A stretch of DNA of 64,000 nucleotides from Candidatus Nanohaloarchaea archaeon (GCA_041639695.1 JBEQBQ010000001.1:1-64000); one strand, 5' to 3'; counted from the stretch's first letter, positions 1 through 10,721 are shown. Notes: generated from the sequence alone by a model not told the origin. Program-made: numbers and translations.

Positions 1-198
1 AGAACCTATGAAGCTTGTAACTGCGACTATAAAACCAAAAAGGACAACTAGGCCGCCTGAAGTAGGTAGTTTCGGTCTATCCGCTTTTTGCTGGTCTATA
101 CCGTAAATACCTGACGACATCAGGTATTTTTTGGCGGCAGGAACACCTATTAGAACGGTTAAGAAGCCGAGAAGGGAGGAAAGTATGAGGAACTTCAT
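1..198 (-). CDS. UDP-GlcNAc:dolichyl-phosphate GlcNAc-1-phosphate transferase (MraY/GPT family, AglH-like), 5' part only, runs off the window
   Basis: Own translation MKFLILSSLLGFLTVLIGVPAAKKYLMSSGIYGIDQQKADRPKLPTSGGLVVLFG: TM helix followed by GxD..K...P..PtsGG motif; ATG overlaps aglB stop (TAATG). Confidence 0.75.
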   Translation of the reverse strand, partial: MKFLILSSLLGFLTVLIGVPAAKKYLMSSGIYGIDQQKADRPKLPTSGGLVVLFGFIVAVTSFIGS

Positions 199-3146
199 TA
201 CTCCTCGAGTGCCTGCTTGTTTACCTTCCACATTTTGATAAAGCCGTTTGAGCCACCTTCAACCTTCTCAACCCAATCGATCCCGTAACCATCCATCAGG
301 TAAAGTCTTCCAAGACTGGATCTCGCAACCTTCTTAGGTACGATCACTAGTTTAGCGGCCTGTGTCCGCATGTTAGGTCTTTGACTGGTTATCGCCGCTC
401 TCTCAAGAGTGTAGTACGGGTTCTCCGCAATACACATCTCGCTCCCGCTGATCTGCGGCGCCTGTTCGACATCAAGCTCCTTCACTCCGTCTTCAGTTAC
501 AACACATCCGATAGGGGTTCTACCGTTTCTAGTCTCGTATAGGGCCGTAGTGTTCTCAGTCTTAAGGTCTATCGAACTGTTTGTAGACTCCAACTCGGCA
601 TAGATAGTTCTCTGATTGTCCGAGAACGTCGCTAAACCGGTCTGCTGGTTGTTTCCTCTCCACCTAAGCTGCTGCATGTAATCAAAGTCGTTGTTGTTTC
701 TGTGTGCGATCTGAGAGACAGCGGAGTACTTCCCGATCATCGTCTCATCCAATACGATGTAGTCAATTGAATGTTTCTCGAACATCTCTGAGTGGTTCGA
801 AGGATTCGTGGATGTAAGGAAATCAGCTATAGGGTAGTTGGTCTTACCAAACTTCTCGCTGGTGTAGTAGCCGGCATTCCCTCCGTCTGCAACTGCGGCT
901 CTTCTACCTATCGACTCGAACCAGTAACCGTAGTCCCACCAGGAAAGAACTACTGAGTCTTCTGGTGTCTCCGACTGCATGTAGTCAAGGTTCTGTTCCC
1001 ATAGCTGGTTAGGTGAGTCACTTAAGTTATCTGATGCTGCGAAACCTGAACTCATGTTGACTGCTGCGAACAGGAAGATGAAGGTTCCGGCAAGGATTAT
1101 CTTCAGGTTCGAAGATTCCAGGATTCCTCTGACCTTGCCTTCTAGCTCCAAAGCCATGTAGATTAGTGGGGCATTCAGAAGAATTAAAGCTCCGATCATT
1201 TGGAGGTTTGAAGCGTTGTAGGCTGTGCTAACCGCAAGCACCAGAACGTTCGCTATAAAGATCATAGCAGAACTTCCTACTAGGTTGAAGGTTGAAGTTT
1301 CAACTTCTCTGGCTTTAAGGTAGATCCTTGAAACCATGTAGCCGCCTAGGAATGCTGTTGAGAATGCGGATAGGAAGACCAGCCTTGACTTGGCTGCTGC
1401 ACCAAGGATGTTGGTGACAGCCCATACAAATCCTAGGATGTAGTAAGGCTTCATCTTGATACTGTAGTCCGAAGCTTCCTTGAAGTAGTAGAGAGCTCCT
1501 ATACCAAGCACCGAAATCAGTAGGGGATGGAATACCGCACTTGAGAATGGAAGCTGGAAAAGACTCTGCGAAAGATTGATCTGGTAAATATTCCCTAGCT
1601 GCAGAGGCATAATAGCCACTCCAACTGTGAATAGTGCAGTTACGAGAGAGTTGATCTGGAATGCATCATCTTCGTCGAAGTAATAGACTATGGCCGTGCT
1701 TATAGCGAAGATCAGCGCACCGGCCACGATCGTCTCAGTCCTGTAAAGCGACTCAATTACTCCTGCGCTCTGTAAAGTGTTTGTGTAGGCAAACCCGCCC
1801 AGTATTGCGAACCAGCCCATTACAGTTGCCTGCATGTATCCAAGGTACTTCTTCCAGCCAATCTCTTCCTCGATTACGCCGTAACGTCTCAAAATCATTA
1901 ATACGATCTTCGTACCTAGCACGGGAATTCCGATAACTGCAAGCGTCCATGCGCCAGAATAGCCGCCAAGGAAGCTACCTAGAACCGCCATTATCTGTCG
2001 TAGGGCGCTTTCCCCTATGACCGGTATTCCGGCGAGAAGCTTAGAGACGCCTGCTCCTGCATTTGTTGCTCCGAGGGTTCCCGCCATGTCTCCAATACTT
2101 GAGGCGGTGTTTTCGGCTACAGTTCCTGCAATTACACCTCCACCGCTCTGGGTGACGCGAGCCATAATCGAGCTGAACCTGTTGTAAATAAACTGTGAGT
2201 AAAGCGGTGAAAGAGCTACCATGATGAGGCCTACCGCTGAAAGCGAAGGAACAAAGTACGCAAGCTTATCCTTCTCGATAATTTCAAGCTTCTCAATCAG
2301 GTAGCGAGTCCACAGCAAGCCTAGAACTGCGATATTGCCTAGGAACATCGAACCTGTAAGTGTGAATCTTGAAGGGTTTATGGCTGCGGCGAAACCTCCT
2401 GCAACCAAGACTGTAGGTGTGTAGACAGCTACAAGCTCTTCAATATCCTGATCGAGGAAGGTGGTAATACCCACTACTAGAGGGTATAGAAGCCAAAGCA
2501 TCTTCGAGCCACCCCAGGAAATCGTGAAGATGCCTAGAGCTAGTCCTGCGAAGATTCCAGAGATTCTCTCCTTTCTCCTCCAGCCTCTTGTGAAAAAGTA
2601 CATAGAAATTATCATGAAAAGTGTTCCAACAGGTTCTTTCTCGAAGAAACCGGCTGATGTTCTGTGCATAACTCCTCCGACAGTAGCTAGAAGGAAAGCA
2701 GCTGAAATACCTGTGTACTTGTCAAACATTTCCTTGCCAAGGAAGTAGGTCGCGACAGTACTCAGGGCACCCATGAATGCTGGGAAGAACTGTGCCCATT
2801 CCATGTAGCTGTTGAAAATGAATGATCCGCCCATGTTATACATGGCTGCAGGCATAACTATCTCTCCAACGTTGTGATGGTAGAAAGGCGCATTATAGGG
2901 GAAGTAACGCATGAAATCGGTTGTAGGGATGTTGCCGTCTAGCGCAAGGTGCTGGCTCTGCCTGAAGATCCAGTAAGGGTCTAATGCCTGAAGATACTTC
3001 ATCCCCTGCTCCGGCCTGTACCTAAGGAACAGTGCTGCGAGGAAAACTGTGAATACGGCAGGTATCGCCCAGTAAGAAACCGGATTTTGTTTAACATCAT
3101 CATACTTATCCTCTAAGCTCTCCCTGAGGTTTCCGAAGTCCATCAT
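198..3146 (-). CDS. aglB: Oligosaccharyltransferase AglB (STT3 family)
   Basis: Polytopic N-terminus with LDPY, TVAEN motif, WWDYG motif followed by ADGG. Confidence 0.95.
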   Translation of the reverse strand: MMDFGNLRESLEDKYDDVKQNPVSYWAIPAVFTVFLAALFLRYRPEQGMKYLQALDPYWIFRQSQHLALDGNIPTTDFMRYFPYNAPFYHHNVGEIVMPAAMYNMGGSFIFNSYMEWAQFFPAFMGALSTVATYFLGKEMFDKYTGISAAFLLATVGGVMHRTSAGFFEKEPVGTLFMIISMYFFTRGWRRKERISGIFAGLALGIFTISWGGSKMLWLLYPLVVGITTFLDQDIEELVAVYTPTVLVAGGFAAAINPSRFTLTGSMFLGNIAVLGLLWTRYLIEKLEIIEKDKLAYFVPSLSAVGLIMVALSPLYSQFIYNRFSSIMARVTQSGGGVIAGTVAENTASSIGDMAGTLGATNAGAGVSKLLAGIPVIGESALRQIMAVLGSFLGGYSGAWTLAVIGIPVLGTKIVLMILRRYGVIEEEIGWKKYLGYMQATVMGWFAILGGFAYTNTLQSAGVIESLYRTETIVAGALIFAISTAIVYYFDEDDAFQINSLVTALFTVGVAIMPLQLGNIYQINLSQSLFQLPFSSAVFHPLLISVLGIGALYYFKEASDYSIKMKPYYILGFVWAVTNILGAAAKSRLVFLSAFSTAFLGGYMVSRIYLKAREVETSTFNLVGSSAMIFIANVLVLAVSTAYNASNLQMIGALILLNAPLIYMALELEGKVRGILESSNLKIILAGTFIFLFAAVNMSSGFAASDNLSDSPNQLWEQNLDYMQSETPEDSVVLSWWDYGYWFESIGRRAAVADGGNAGYYTSEKFGKTNYPIADFLTSTNPSNHSEMFEKHSIDYIVLDETMIGKYSAVSQIAHRNNNDFDYMQQLRWRGNNQQTGLATFSDNQRTIYAELESTNSSIDLKTENTTALYETRNGRTPIGCVVTEDGVKELDVEQAPQISGSEMCIAENPYYTLERAAITSQRPNMRTQAAKLVIVPKKVARSSLGRLYLMDGYGIDWVEKVEGGSNGFIKMWKVNKQALEE

Positions 3147-3231
3147 TTGAAAGACTGTTTCGTGCGGGACCTTTTTTATTTCTCTGCTGGGATGTCGGTG
3201 TGTTTAAAAACCTTCCAGAGACAGAGATTTT

Positions 3232-4152
3232 GTGGAGCTCAAAAAACATTTTGACAGCATGTACGAAGACTACGATAAATACCTCCTCGTGCCTGTTGCA
3301 CTGATAATATTCTCCGTAATGGCGCTGGGGTTTAGCTATGTTACTACTGGTGAGGTTGTCGGGAAAGGACTTGACTTCACAGGAGGAACCGAAGCCAGCT
3401 ACTCGATCAATCAGAGCTTCACAACGGGAGAGATCGAACAAGTGTTTGTTGATGCCGGAAGACCAAACGTTCAGGTATTCGAGATTACTTCGGGCGAAGG
3501 CACAGGTTTAAGCGTGAGGGTTCCGCCACCGGAACTTCGGGCTCAAGAGGCACAAGATATTCTTGCATCTGCAGGTTATGATGTATCTGTACTATCAACA
3601 AGGGAGCTCTCAGCATCCGTATCTGACGCTTTCTTCACTCAAGCAGTTCTCGCATTTATAATGGCTTTCACAATCATGAGCCTGGTAATTTTCTACGCAT
3701 TCAAGGATTTAACACCTTCAGCAGCTGTAATATTTGCTGCGGCAGGAGACATAATATTTGCATTAGCAGGAATGAGTTTGCTTGGAATACCATTAACTTT
3801 AGGCTCTTTAGCAGCTCTATTGATGCTTATCGGTTACTCGGTCGACACAGATATTGTACTATCGACAAGAGTGCTTAAACAGGAAAGAAAGACGGTGAAG
3901 GACCGCATCTGGGACTCGATGAAGACAGGTGTTACGATGAGCTCTGGTGGAATCGCGGGATTCACATTACTATATATTGTATCTTACATGATCGTTGGTC
4001 CTTCGGAGCTCTCAAATATTGCAGCGGTCATGGTGATTGGTTTACTGGCTGACATGCCTTTCACATGGTTTGGAAACGCAATCATACTAAAGAAGTACGT
4101 AGACGGCGAAATCCCGTCCTACGACCTTGAAAAGGTGATTCCATGGAGATGA
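3232..4152 (+). CDS. secF: Protein translocase subunit SecF
   Basis: GLDFTGGT and LMLIGYSVDTDIV motifs; adjacent to secD. Confidence 0.95.
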   Translation: MELKKHFDSMYEDYDKYLLVPVALIIFSVMALGFSYVTTGEVVGKGLDFTGGTEASYSINQSFTTGEIEQVFVDAGRPNVQVFEITSGEGTGLSVRVPPPELRAQEAQDILASAGYDVSVLSTRELSASVSDAFFTQAVLAFIMAFTIMSLVIFYAFKDLTPSAAVIFAAAGDIIFALAGMSLLGIPLTLGSLAALLMLIGYSVDTDIVLSTRVLKQERKTVKDRIWDSMKTGVTMSSGGIAGFTLLYIVSYMIVGPSELSNIAAVMVIGLLADMPFTWFGNAIILKKYVDGEIPSYDLEKVIPWR

Positions 4153-5747
4153 AAGACTTACTGAAGGAATGGAGAATCTGGGTTCTATTACTTTCGCTAG
4201 GCTTCTCGCTGTTCATGCTAGGCCCACACTATGACACAAACGGTCAGGGAGACACAACAATCTCCACAGAAATAAACAAAGGTCTAGATCTTTCCGGGGG
4301 AACAAGAGCCCTTCTATCTGTTCAAGGAAACAACACTTCCGAGGACATGGTTACGAATATTAAGAACATACTTGAGCAAAGGGTTTCGGCCTTTGGGCTT
4401 ACGCAGACCTCGGTTCGGAACGTGGAGCTTGACGGCGAGACCAAGATACAGATGGAAATCGCCTCAACAAACCAGTCCAACCTCAGAGAACTGATATCAC
4501 AGGAAGGACGTTTCGAGTCAAGACTACCTCTAACCGTTGCTAATAGCCAAGAATTTACCTTGGACCAACCTTACACTTTCAAATACGAGAATGGTTCGGT
4601 ATCGGTCCTAAACAATACTTACATGGAGGGCGATAGCTTCTCAATTGATGGAACAAGGTTCTTCTACGTCAACAATACGGAAGAAGGCGCAAACCTCCAC
4701 GTTGTCGCATATGACGGCGAAGATGTACAGCAGGTTATTACCTCGGACTCAAGGGTTACTCCTTCAAGAGGCGGAGGTTACAGCTTTAGATTCCCTGTAG
4801 TACTTAGCTCGGAAGCAGCTGACAACGTTCAAAGAGTTGCAGAAAACTATCCTACAACCACTCTTTCAGGACAACCATACTTAGGCCAGATTAACGGCCA
4901 GGGGCCTGCAAAACTAATGCTTTATGTTGACGGTGAAAGACAGAGCGGATTGAACGTTGGAGCTGAGTTCAAGAGGCAGGTTATCACACAGCCATCTATT
5001 AACGGTGGGGCAGATACTGCTGCACAGGCAAGAAGCGATATGAAAGAACTGCAGGCAATCCTTCAGTCCGGAAGGCTGCCGGCGCCTGTCCAGATCGACT
5101 CAATATCTACAATCTCGTCCTCACTAGGTTCACAGTTCATGACCGCAGCAATTCTTTCTATTGTTGCATCCTTGGTCGCGGTAGGAGGACTCATCTATGT
5201 AAGATACCAGAACATGAAACTAGCCGTACCTATTGTAATAACAGGTTCGTCCGAAGTATTCATCCTTCTAGGATCACTGTTCTCGACACTGATCACGCTT
5301 GACCTAGCATCGATCGCAGGTATTATCGCCGCTGTAGGTACAGGGGTCGATGACCAGATTATTATTACTGACGAATCCGGCAGGGAAAAGATCAGGGACT
5401 GGAGCAAACGTTTAAAGAGAGCATTCTTCGTCATCTTCACATCTGCAGCCTCCACAATAGGTGCTATGATGCCGATTGTCTCACCTTCGCTTTCGAACAT
5501 GGCGATCGGAGCAGCAGGTATCGGACTGCTTGGATACAACTTCTACAGTAACAGGATGAGGCCTCACTACTTCGTGATCGGACTGTTCGCAATAATGGTT
5601 TCGGTAGTCGCCAACACAGTAGGTCTTTCCGGCTTCGCACTACAGTCGGTCAGAGGATTCGCAGTTACAACAATCCTTGGAGTCCTTGTAGGTATCACGA
5701 TCACAAGACCGGCATACGCCAAGATGCTTGAAGCAATCGAGGACTAA
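4143..5747 (+). CDS. secD: Protein translocase subunit SecD
   Basis: GLDLSGG, LQSGRLP, GTGVDDQIII, VRGFAVTT motifs. Confidence 0.95.
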   Translation: MEMKDLLKEWRIWVLLLSLGFSLFMLGPHYDTNGQGDTTISTEINKGLDLSGGTRALLSVQGNNTSEDMVTNIKNILEQRVSAFGLTQTSVRNVELDGETKIQMEIASTNQSNLRELISQEGRFESRLPLTVANSQEFTLDQPYTFKYENGSVSVLNNTYMEGDSFSIDGTRFFYVNNTEEGANLHVVAYDGEDVQQVITSDSRVTPSRGGGYSFRFPVVLSSEAADNVQRVAENYPTTTLSGQPYLGQINGQGPAKLMLYVDGERQSGLNVGAEFKRQVITQPSINGGADTAAQARSDMKELQAILQSGRLPAPVQIDSISTISSSLGSQFMTAAILSIVASLVAVGGLIYVRYQNMKLAVPIVITGSSEVFILLGSLFSTLITLDLASIAGIIAAVGTGVDDQIIITDESGREKIRDWSKRLKRAFFVIFTSAASTIGAMMPIVSPSLSNMAIGAAGIGLLGYNFYSNRMRPHYFVIGLFAIMVSVVANTVGLSGFALQSVRGFAVTTILGVLVGITITRPAYAKMLEAIED

Positions 5748-5782
5748 AAGAAGTTATCAACCATAAACCAAAATTCTCTGTT

Positions 5783-6529
5783 ATGAAGGTCCTGGTTACA
5801 GGCGGAAGCAACGGCATCGGAAAAGCAACTTCTCAACAGTTAATCGAAAAAGGTCACGAAGTCACAGTATTTGATAAAGAAGAGCCTGACTACGAAGTCG
5901 ATTTCTTTCAAGGAGATGTAAGGGATGAGGACAGAGTAAAAGAAGTGGTTGAAAGTTTAGAGTTCGAAGTGCTTGTTAACTGCGCAGGCTTCTACGAACT
6001 CGGCTCTCTAGAAGACATGGGGCGCGAGACTGTCGAGAAGATTTTCGATACGAACGTCCACGGATACCTCAACTTTATCCGGCACTCGATGCCGATGCTG
6101 AGACAGAAAAATGGTAGGATCGTCAATATTTCCTCGGTAGCTGGAAGGGTATCGATGCCTTTCTACGGAGCATACTGCGGATCGAAACACGCAGTAGAGT
6201 CCATAAGCCACTCCCTTAGAAGAGAGTCTGATGTAGAGGTAGTTCTGGTTGAGCCTGGTGTGATCGAGACAGGTTTTAACGAGAGAGCGAGAAAAGCACT
6301 AGAAAAATATCTTCCCAACTCCCATTACTCGAGTCAATATGAACAAATTTTAGAGAATGAAGTTCTAGACGGTATAGATGCTGAAAAAGCCGGTGAAACA
6401 GTTGTGAAAGCTATTACGTCCAAAAGGCCTAATAGAAGATATCAGGCGCCCTTCAGAGCTAAATTAGTTACTTGGATAAGCCTTCTTCCGCATTCTTTGA
6501 AAGATAAGGTATTTGAGAAAATAGGATAG
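5783..6529 (+). CDS. Short-chain dehydrogenase/reductase
   Basis: TGGSNGIG Rossmann motif, NCAG, YCGSK catalytic motif. Confidence 0.92.
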   Translation: MKVLVTGGSNGIGKATSQQLIEKGHEVTVFDKEEPDYEVDFFQGDVRDEDRVKEVVESLEFEVLVNCAGFYELGSLEDMGRETVEKIFDTNVHGYLNFIRHSMPMLRQKNGRIVNISSVAGRVSMPFYGAYCGSKHAVESISHSLRRESDVEVVLVEPGVIETGFNERARKALEKYLPNSHYSSQYEQILENEVLDGIDAEKAGETVVKAITSKRPNRRYQAPFRAKLVTWISLLPHSLKDKVFEKIG

Positions 6530-6847
6530 TTATTGGAGCTCCATTACGGCTCCGGCAACGTCTTCACTGTTCTCAAGTGCTTCGACAGCATCTTCTTCGC
6601 TGCAACCGGTTTTATCCATCACAAGCTCTACGTCTTCAGGATCTGGTCCTGTCTGAACAGCTTCCTCGGAGTAATCGCCTTGGAGCTGGAACATCTCCTG
6701 GCCCTTGGCATCGATCTTCGAGACCTGGGGGTTGTTGAATACAAGTTTCTTGTCGCCGATTTTGACCTCTACTTTATCGGCATCGAGCTCTTCCATATCG
6801 ATCCCCATCTGTTTCATCATAGCGCTCATGTCGTTTCCGCCAAACAT
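6530..6847 (-). CDS. nac: Nascent polypeptide-associated complex protein
   Basis: MMKQMGIDM N-terminus; C-terminal UBA-like EDVELVM...EALE...DVAGAVMEL. Confidence 0.92.
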   Translation of the reverse strand: MFGGNDMSAMMKQMGIDMEELDADKVEVKIGDKKLVFNNPQVSKIDAKGQEMFQLQGDYSEEAVQTGPDPEDVELVMDKTGCSEEDAVEALENSEDVAGAVMELQ

Positions 6848-6951
6848 ATTTTGTGAATCGGAGCTACAGCTTTAAATCCGTGGTGAAAACTTTGGTACAA
6901 CCGTTAACCTGTAAGCCTGTTTTTCTCCCTGTTTGAGAAACCTGAATTTTC

Positions 6952-8136
6952 ATGTGGATCGAGCTAGGGCTGGCAGTTCTAGGGGTTTTTGCAGGAGTAT
7001 TCACGGGTTTAACGCCCGGCATCCACCCGAATACGGTGATATTTACATCGCTGCCGTTTTACCTCGGCTCAAGCATCGAGTTTATGTACTACCTTAGTTT
7101 TATCGCAGGTCTTTCCGTTTCCCATACGTTTCATGACTTCCTTCCATCAATTTTTCTTGGAGCTCCCGAGGCGGAAACTGCGTTGGCGTCTGTTGCCGGA
7201 GCAGACATGGCGAACGAAGGTAAAGGTATAGAAGCATTCTACTACACTGTTCTGGGCGGGGCGACCTCCGTAATAGTCATGATCCTTATATCTCCTTTAC
7301 TAGTTTTGCTGCTACCATATCTCTACAAGATGGTAAATCCTGTGATGTTCTATGTGCTGGTATTTTTCCAGCTGGTCCTAATTTTTAACTCGGAGGGCGT
7401 TCTAAAAGCGTCTATAACCACTATCTTGTCTGGTTTTCTGGGATTGATCGCATTTTCTATGCCTGTGAATAGTCAGAATGTGTTGATGCCGGTTTTTGCA
7501 GGTCTTTTTGCAGTGCCAACATTCCTCTCATCCTTCAAGCCCGTAATTGAATCTCAGGATGAACCTGATATCGAGGGAGGTTTCCTGAAAGGCAGTTTCT
7601 TCGGAACCTTGGCTGGACTAATTACCGGAATAGTGCCGGGAGTTACTGGCGTTGTCTCAACTTCTTTCTTCACGCCGTTTATGCAGAAAAGAACTGAAAG
7701 CTTTCTGGCGGCTATGGGAGCGGTAAACACTTCAGATATCCTTATCTCTTTTCTAGGTCTTTACTTGATTGAGAAGGCACGTTCGGGAGCGGCTGTTGCG
7801 ATGAGCTCGGCTGCTAAATTCTCTGATCTACAGCTCTTCTTTTTAATAGGGGTTTCACTTGCTTCGATAGGTCTTTCGATCCCTTTTGCTTTGAAGACTC
7901 CGCGTTATTTCCTCAGACTTCTCGATTGGGTTGAGCTGAGAATAGTTCTGGCTATTGTTTTAGGGCTGCTTCTGGGGTCAACATACTTTCTTACAGGTTT
8001 CCTGGGGCTATTGATACTGCTGGTTTCGAGCTGCATCGGTTATTCGGCTGCTCTCAGCTCTCAGAGAAAAGTCCTGGTCTCAGTACTATTGGTTCCCTCG
8101 ATCACATATTTCGCGGCAAATGGGTTTTTTATTTAA
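6952..8136 (+). CDS. TctA-like tripartite tricarboxylate transporter permease (DUF112)
   Basis: GLTPGIHPN, HTFHDFLPSIFLGAP, ARSG motifs; polytopic. Confidence 0.85.
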   Translation: MWIELGLAVLGVFAGVFTGLTPGIHPNTVIFTSLPFYLGSSIEFMYYLSFIAGLSVSHTFHDFLPSIFLGAPEAETALASVAGADMANEGKGIEAFYYTVLGGATSVIVMILISPLLVLLLPYLYKMVNPVMFYVLVFFQLVLIFNSEGVLKASITTILSGFLGLIAFSMPVNSQNVLMPVFAGLFAVPTFLSSFKPVIESQDEPDIEGGFLKGSFFGTLAGLITGIVPGVTGVVSTSFFTPFMQKRTESFLAAMGAVNTSDILISFLGLYLIEKARSGAAVAMSSAAKFSDLQLFFLIGVSLASIGLSIPFALKTPRYFLRLLDWVELRIVLAIVLGLLLGSTYFLTGFLGLLILLVSSCIGYSAALSSQRKVLVSVLLVPSITYFAANGFFI

Positions 8137-8159
8137 TTCTCGGGAAGTGAAACCTCAGC

Positions 8160-9161
8160 ATGAACGAGCAAAAAGGCTTTCTAATAATCCTGACTGGTTT
8201 ACTGGCTGCGGTATCGTTTATGATGCTGAAGCCCTTCTTGGGATACTTTCTCGGCGCGGCCCTGCTCGCATTCATACTTCACCCTATACAGGTGAGATGG
8301 AGAAAATACCTTGGTTCGACTATATCATCGCTTCTTCTTGTTTTTCTGGCAGTTTTCATAGTTGTGGCGCCGTTCTTGTTTACTGCTACTGCTGTTATTG
8401 ATGATGCTCAGGATTTGGAGGGTGACGTTAGGCAGTCAGATCTTATTAATTCGACGCAGATCGAAAACAAGCTGCAGGAGCTTACGGGACAGAGAATAGA
8501 CATAGAACAAAATGTTGAAAAGGCTGTGGACCGCTTCACAAGCCTGACGCTAGGTAGCTTCTCTCAAGTACTGGGTTTGATTGCGAATGCTTCTATTGGG
8601 ATAACTGTAATGCTTTTCCTTCTATACTACATGCTTAAGGATGGTGAAATGCTCGTCGCATGGCTAAATGATCTTGTACCACTACCTCAAGATATAACGG
8701 AGAGTCTGCATTCGAAGATGAGTAAAACTACGTGGGCTGTTATCAAAGGACATGTAATGGTAGCTATAATACAGGGCCTTGTTGCAGGTATCGGATTAAT
8801 TGTAACAGGGGTTCCGAACAGTGTTTTCTGGACCTTTGTCATGGTGCTTCTAGGATTTATACCGATTATCGGGACTATACTGGTTTGGCTGCCGGCATCA
8901 ATCTATCTGTTCTTGGTTGACAGGCCGGTGATGGCGATGCTACTAGCACTCTATGGCTTTATAATTGTTGGTTTAACCGACAATATCATCAGACCTCTTG
9001 CAGTCGAGAGAGGGGCTGATCTGCATCCGGCAGTTATAATAATAGGTGTATTGGGCGGTGTATACATCTTTGGGGCTGTAGGACTATTTATAGGTCCTAT
9101 AACACTTGGAATATTCAAATCTGTTCTTGTTGTGTTCGAAAAACACTACAAGTCGTTATAA
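8160..9161 (+). CDS. AI-2E family transporter
   Basis: FIPIIG, DNIIRP, HP..IIIGVLGG..FG..GLFIGP motifs. Confidence 0.9.
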   Translation: MNEQKGFLIILTGLLAAVSFMMLKPFLGYFLGAALLAFILHPIQVRWRKYLGSTISSLLLVFLAVFIVVAPFLFTATAVIDDAQDLEGDVRQSDLINSTQIENKLQELTGQRIDIEQNVEKAVDRFTSLTLGSFSQVLGLIANASIGITVMLFLLYYMLKDGEMLVAWLNDLVPLPQDITESLHSKMSKTTWAVIKGHVMVAIIQGLVAGIGLIVTGVPNSVFWTFVMVLLGFIPIIGTILVWLPASIYLFLVDRPVMAMLLALYGFIIVGLTDNIIRPLAVERGADLHPAVIIIGVLGGVYIFGAVGLFIGPITLGIFKSVLVVFEKHYKSL

Positions 9162-9185
9162 GGAACTCGGCCTATAGTTTGTTCT

Positions 9186-10046
9186 ATGGCTGATATAGGA
9201 ACTTCGGTTACGTTAGCGTCAGTCATAGTCGGGATGCTGGCAATACCTGCCGCATCACAGAGTCTGGGGGCAGGACAAGATCTTATGTCTTCGCCACCAA
9301 ACGTATCGGTCGATTCAACTAATCCAAGAGAAGTCTCCGTAAACAGAAGCACGGATGGAATAACCAAAAGTATACAGACAGCGCTTCAAAGCTTCACAGC
9401 AAAAGTCGGTGCCGGAGGGGCTTCGGCCAAACTTCAAGGCCCATCCACCTCACTAGAAGTCAACAGAGAGCCCGGAAAAACAGTATGGAAACTGAAAAGC
9501 AGCGAAGGAACTCTTGAAATAGTAAAAAGCTCCACCAAGACCCAGAAAACAGTTGAAACTTCTGAAGGAGCACTGAAGATTACAAGAGCCGACGGAAGAA
9601 CGTCCAGAAGCTTCAAAGGAACAAAAAGAAAACAGCTTGAAAGCTCTATGAAATCTCTGGAGAAAAAGATGGAGCAAAAGCTTCAGGAAGCACGTGGAAA
9701 GATTAACACAACATCAATCAATTCAGAGACAGGAGAAACTACGCTTCAGATAGGTATAGAGCTATCAGTTAGTCCTGAAGCGCCTGAGTACGTCACTATA
9801 GATAACTCTGGTGAATCCAGAAACCTTCAGGGCTGGAAGCTTCAGAACAACAATCCGGACACCTACGAATTCGGAGACTTGGAGTTGAACGCTTCAGAAT
9901 CGATCAGAGTCTACTCGGCCTCAAAGGAGGACTCTAACTATACAGGCAGAGCAGTCTACAACACGGACCTATCTTGGGAAGATGGCGGCGATACGGCCAC
10001 GCTCAGGAAGCCCGACGACACCAAAGTTGTGAAGAAGACTTACTGA
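9186..10046 (+). CDS. Exported protein with C-terminal lamin-tail-like domain
   Basis: N-terminal signal; EYVTIDN...NLQGWKL...W.DGGDTATL pattern. Confidence 0.75.
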   Translation: MADIGTSVTLASVIVGMLAIPAASQSLGAGQDLMSSPPNVSVDSTNPREVSVNRSTDGITKSIQTALQSFTAKVGAGGASAKLQGPSTSLEVNREPGKTVWKLKSSEGTLEIVKSSTKTQKTVETSEGALKITRADGRTSRSFKGTKRKQLESSMKSLEKKMEQKLQEARGKINTTSINSETGETTLQIGIELSVSPEAPEYVTIDNSGESRNLQGWKLQNNNPDTYEFGDLELNASESIRVYSASKEDSNYTGRAVYNTDLSWEDGGDTATLRKPDDTKVVKKTY

Positions 10047-10291
10047 CGCTTACGCAAAGTAAACCTTTCCTCTTTTCCTATTTTCTTGACAATATCGTCT
10101 TCAACTTCCACGTAGAGGCTGTTAGGTCTGGGCAGTCCTGAGCTTTTAACTCCTAGAATAAGCCCGAGCACGACGTAGCCGTAACTCATCAGCATGAACG
10201 AGGTGTTTGTAAATCCGAGGATTTTTACTGTCAATATCGCCAGACCTGAGAAGCCTGTGCCTGTTAACAGGAAGAGTTTCAGGTCGTCCAT
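10040..10291 (-). CDS. Small membrane protein, unknown function
   Basis: ATG start, two hydrophobic segments, fills gap between genes. Confidence 0.6.
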   Translation of the reverse strand: MDDLKLFLLTGTGFSGLAILTVKILGFTNTSFMLMSYGYVVLGLILGVKSSGLPRPNSLYVEVEDDIVKKIGKEERFTLRKRQ

Positions 10292-10344
10292 AGAGATCCT
10301 TGGAATCGAACTAGACTAAAAGAATTCCTTCAAAACCTCGAAAT

Positions 10345-10719
10345 GTGAAAGGTGTATACATCGTTTTTGCCTCCCTGGAAAAGAACAAAAAAATAAAGAT
10401 TGGAGCTTTAGGGGAAAAAGAGTTCGAAGAAGGCATCTATGCATACGTAGGGTCCGCACAGAACTCGCTTGAAAAACGTCTAGAAAGACATTTCGCCAGG
10501 ACAGAGAACAGGCACTGGCACATCGACTACTTCACCGCCGAGGCAGAGGTCTTCGACTTTTTCGCCCTCCCTGAAGACGCGGATTACGAATGTGTTCTGG
10601 CGCAGCTACTTTCAATCACTTCGGAGCCGGTAGAAAAATTTGGTTCGTCAGACTGTGGCTGCGATTCCCATCTCTTCAGGCTGCCCGAAGGCTTTTCACA
10701 ATTAAACCACAGGTTTTGA
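10345..10719 (+). CDS. GIY-YIG (DUF123/Uri-like) endonuclease
   Basis: KGVY...YAYVGSA...RLERH...HWHIDY...FGSSDCGCDSHL. Confidence 0.88.
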   Translation: MKGVYIVFASLEKNKKIKIGALGEKEFEEGIYAYVGSAQNSLEKRLERHFARTENRHWHIDYFTAEAEVFDFFALPEDADYECVLAQLLSITSEPVEKFGSSDCGCDSHLFRLPEGFSQLNHRF

Positions 10720-10721
10720 AC

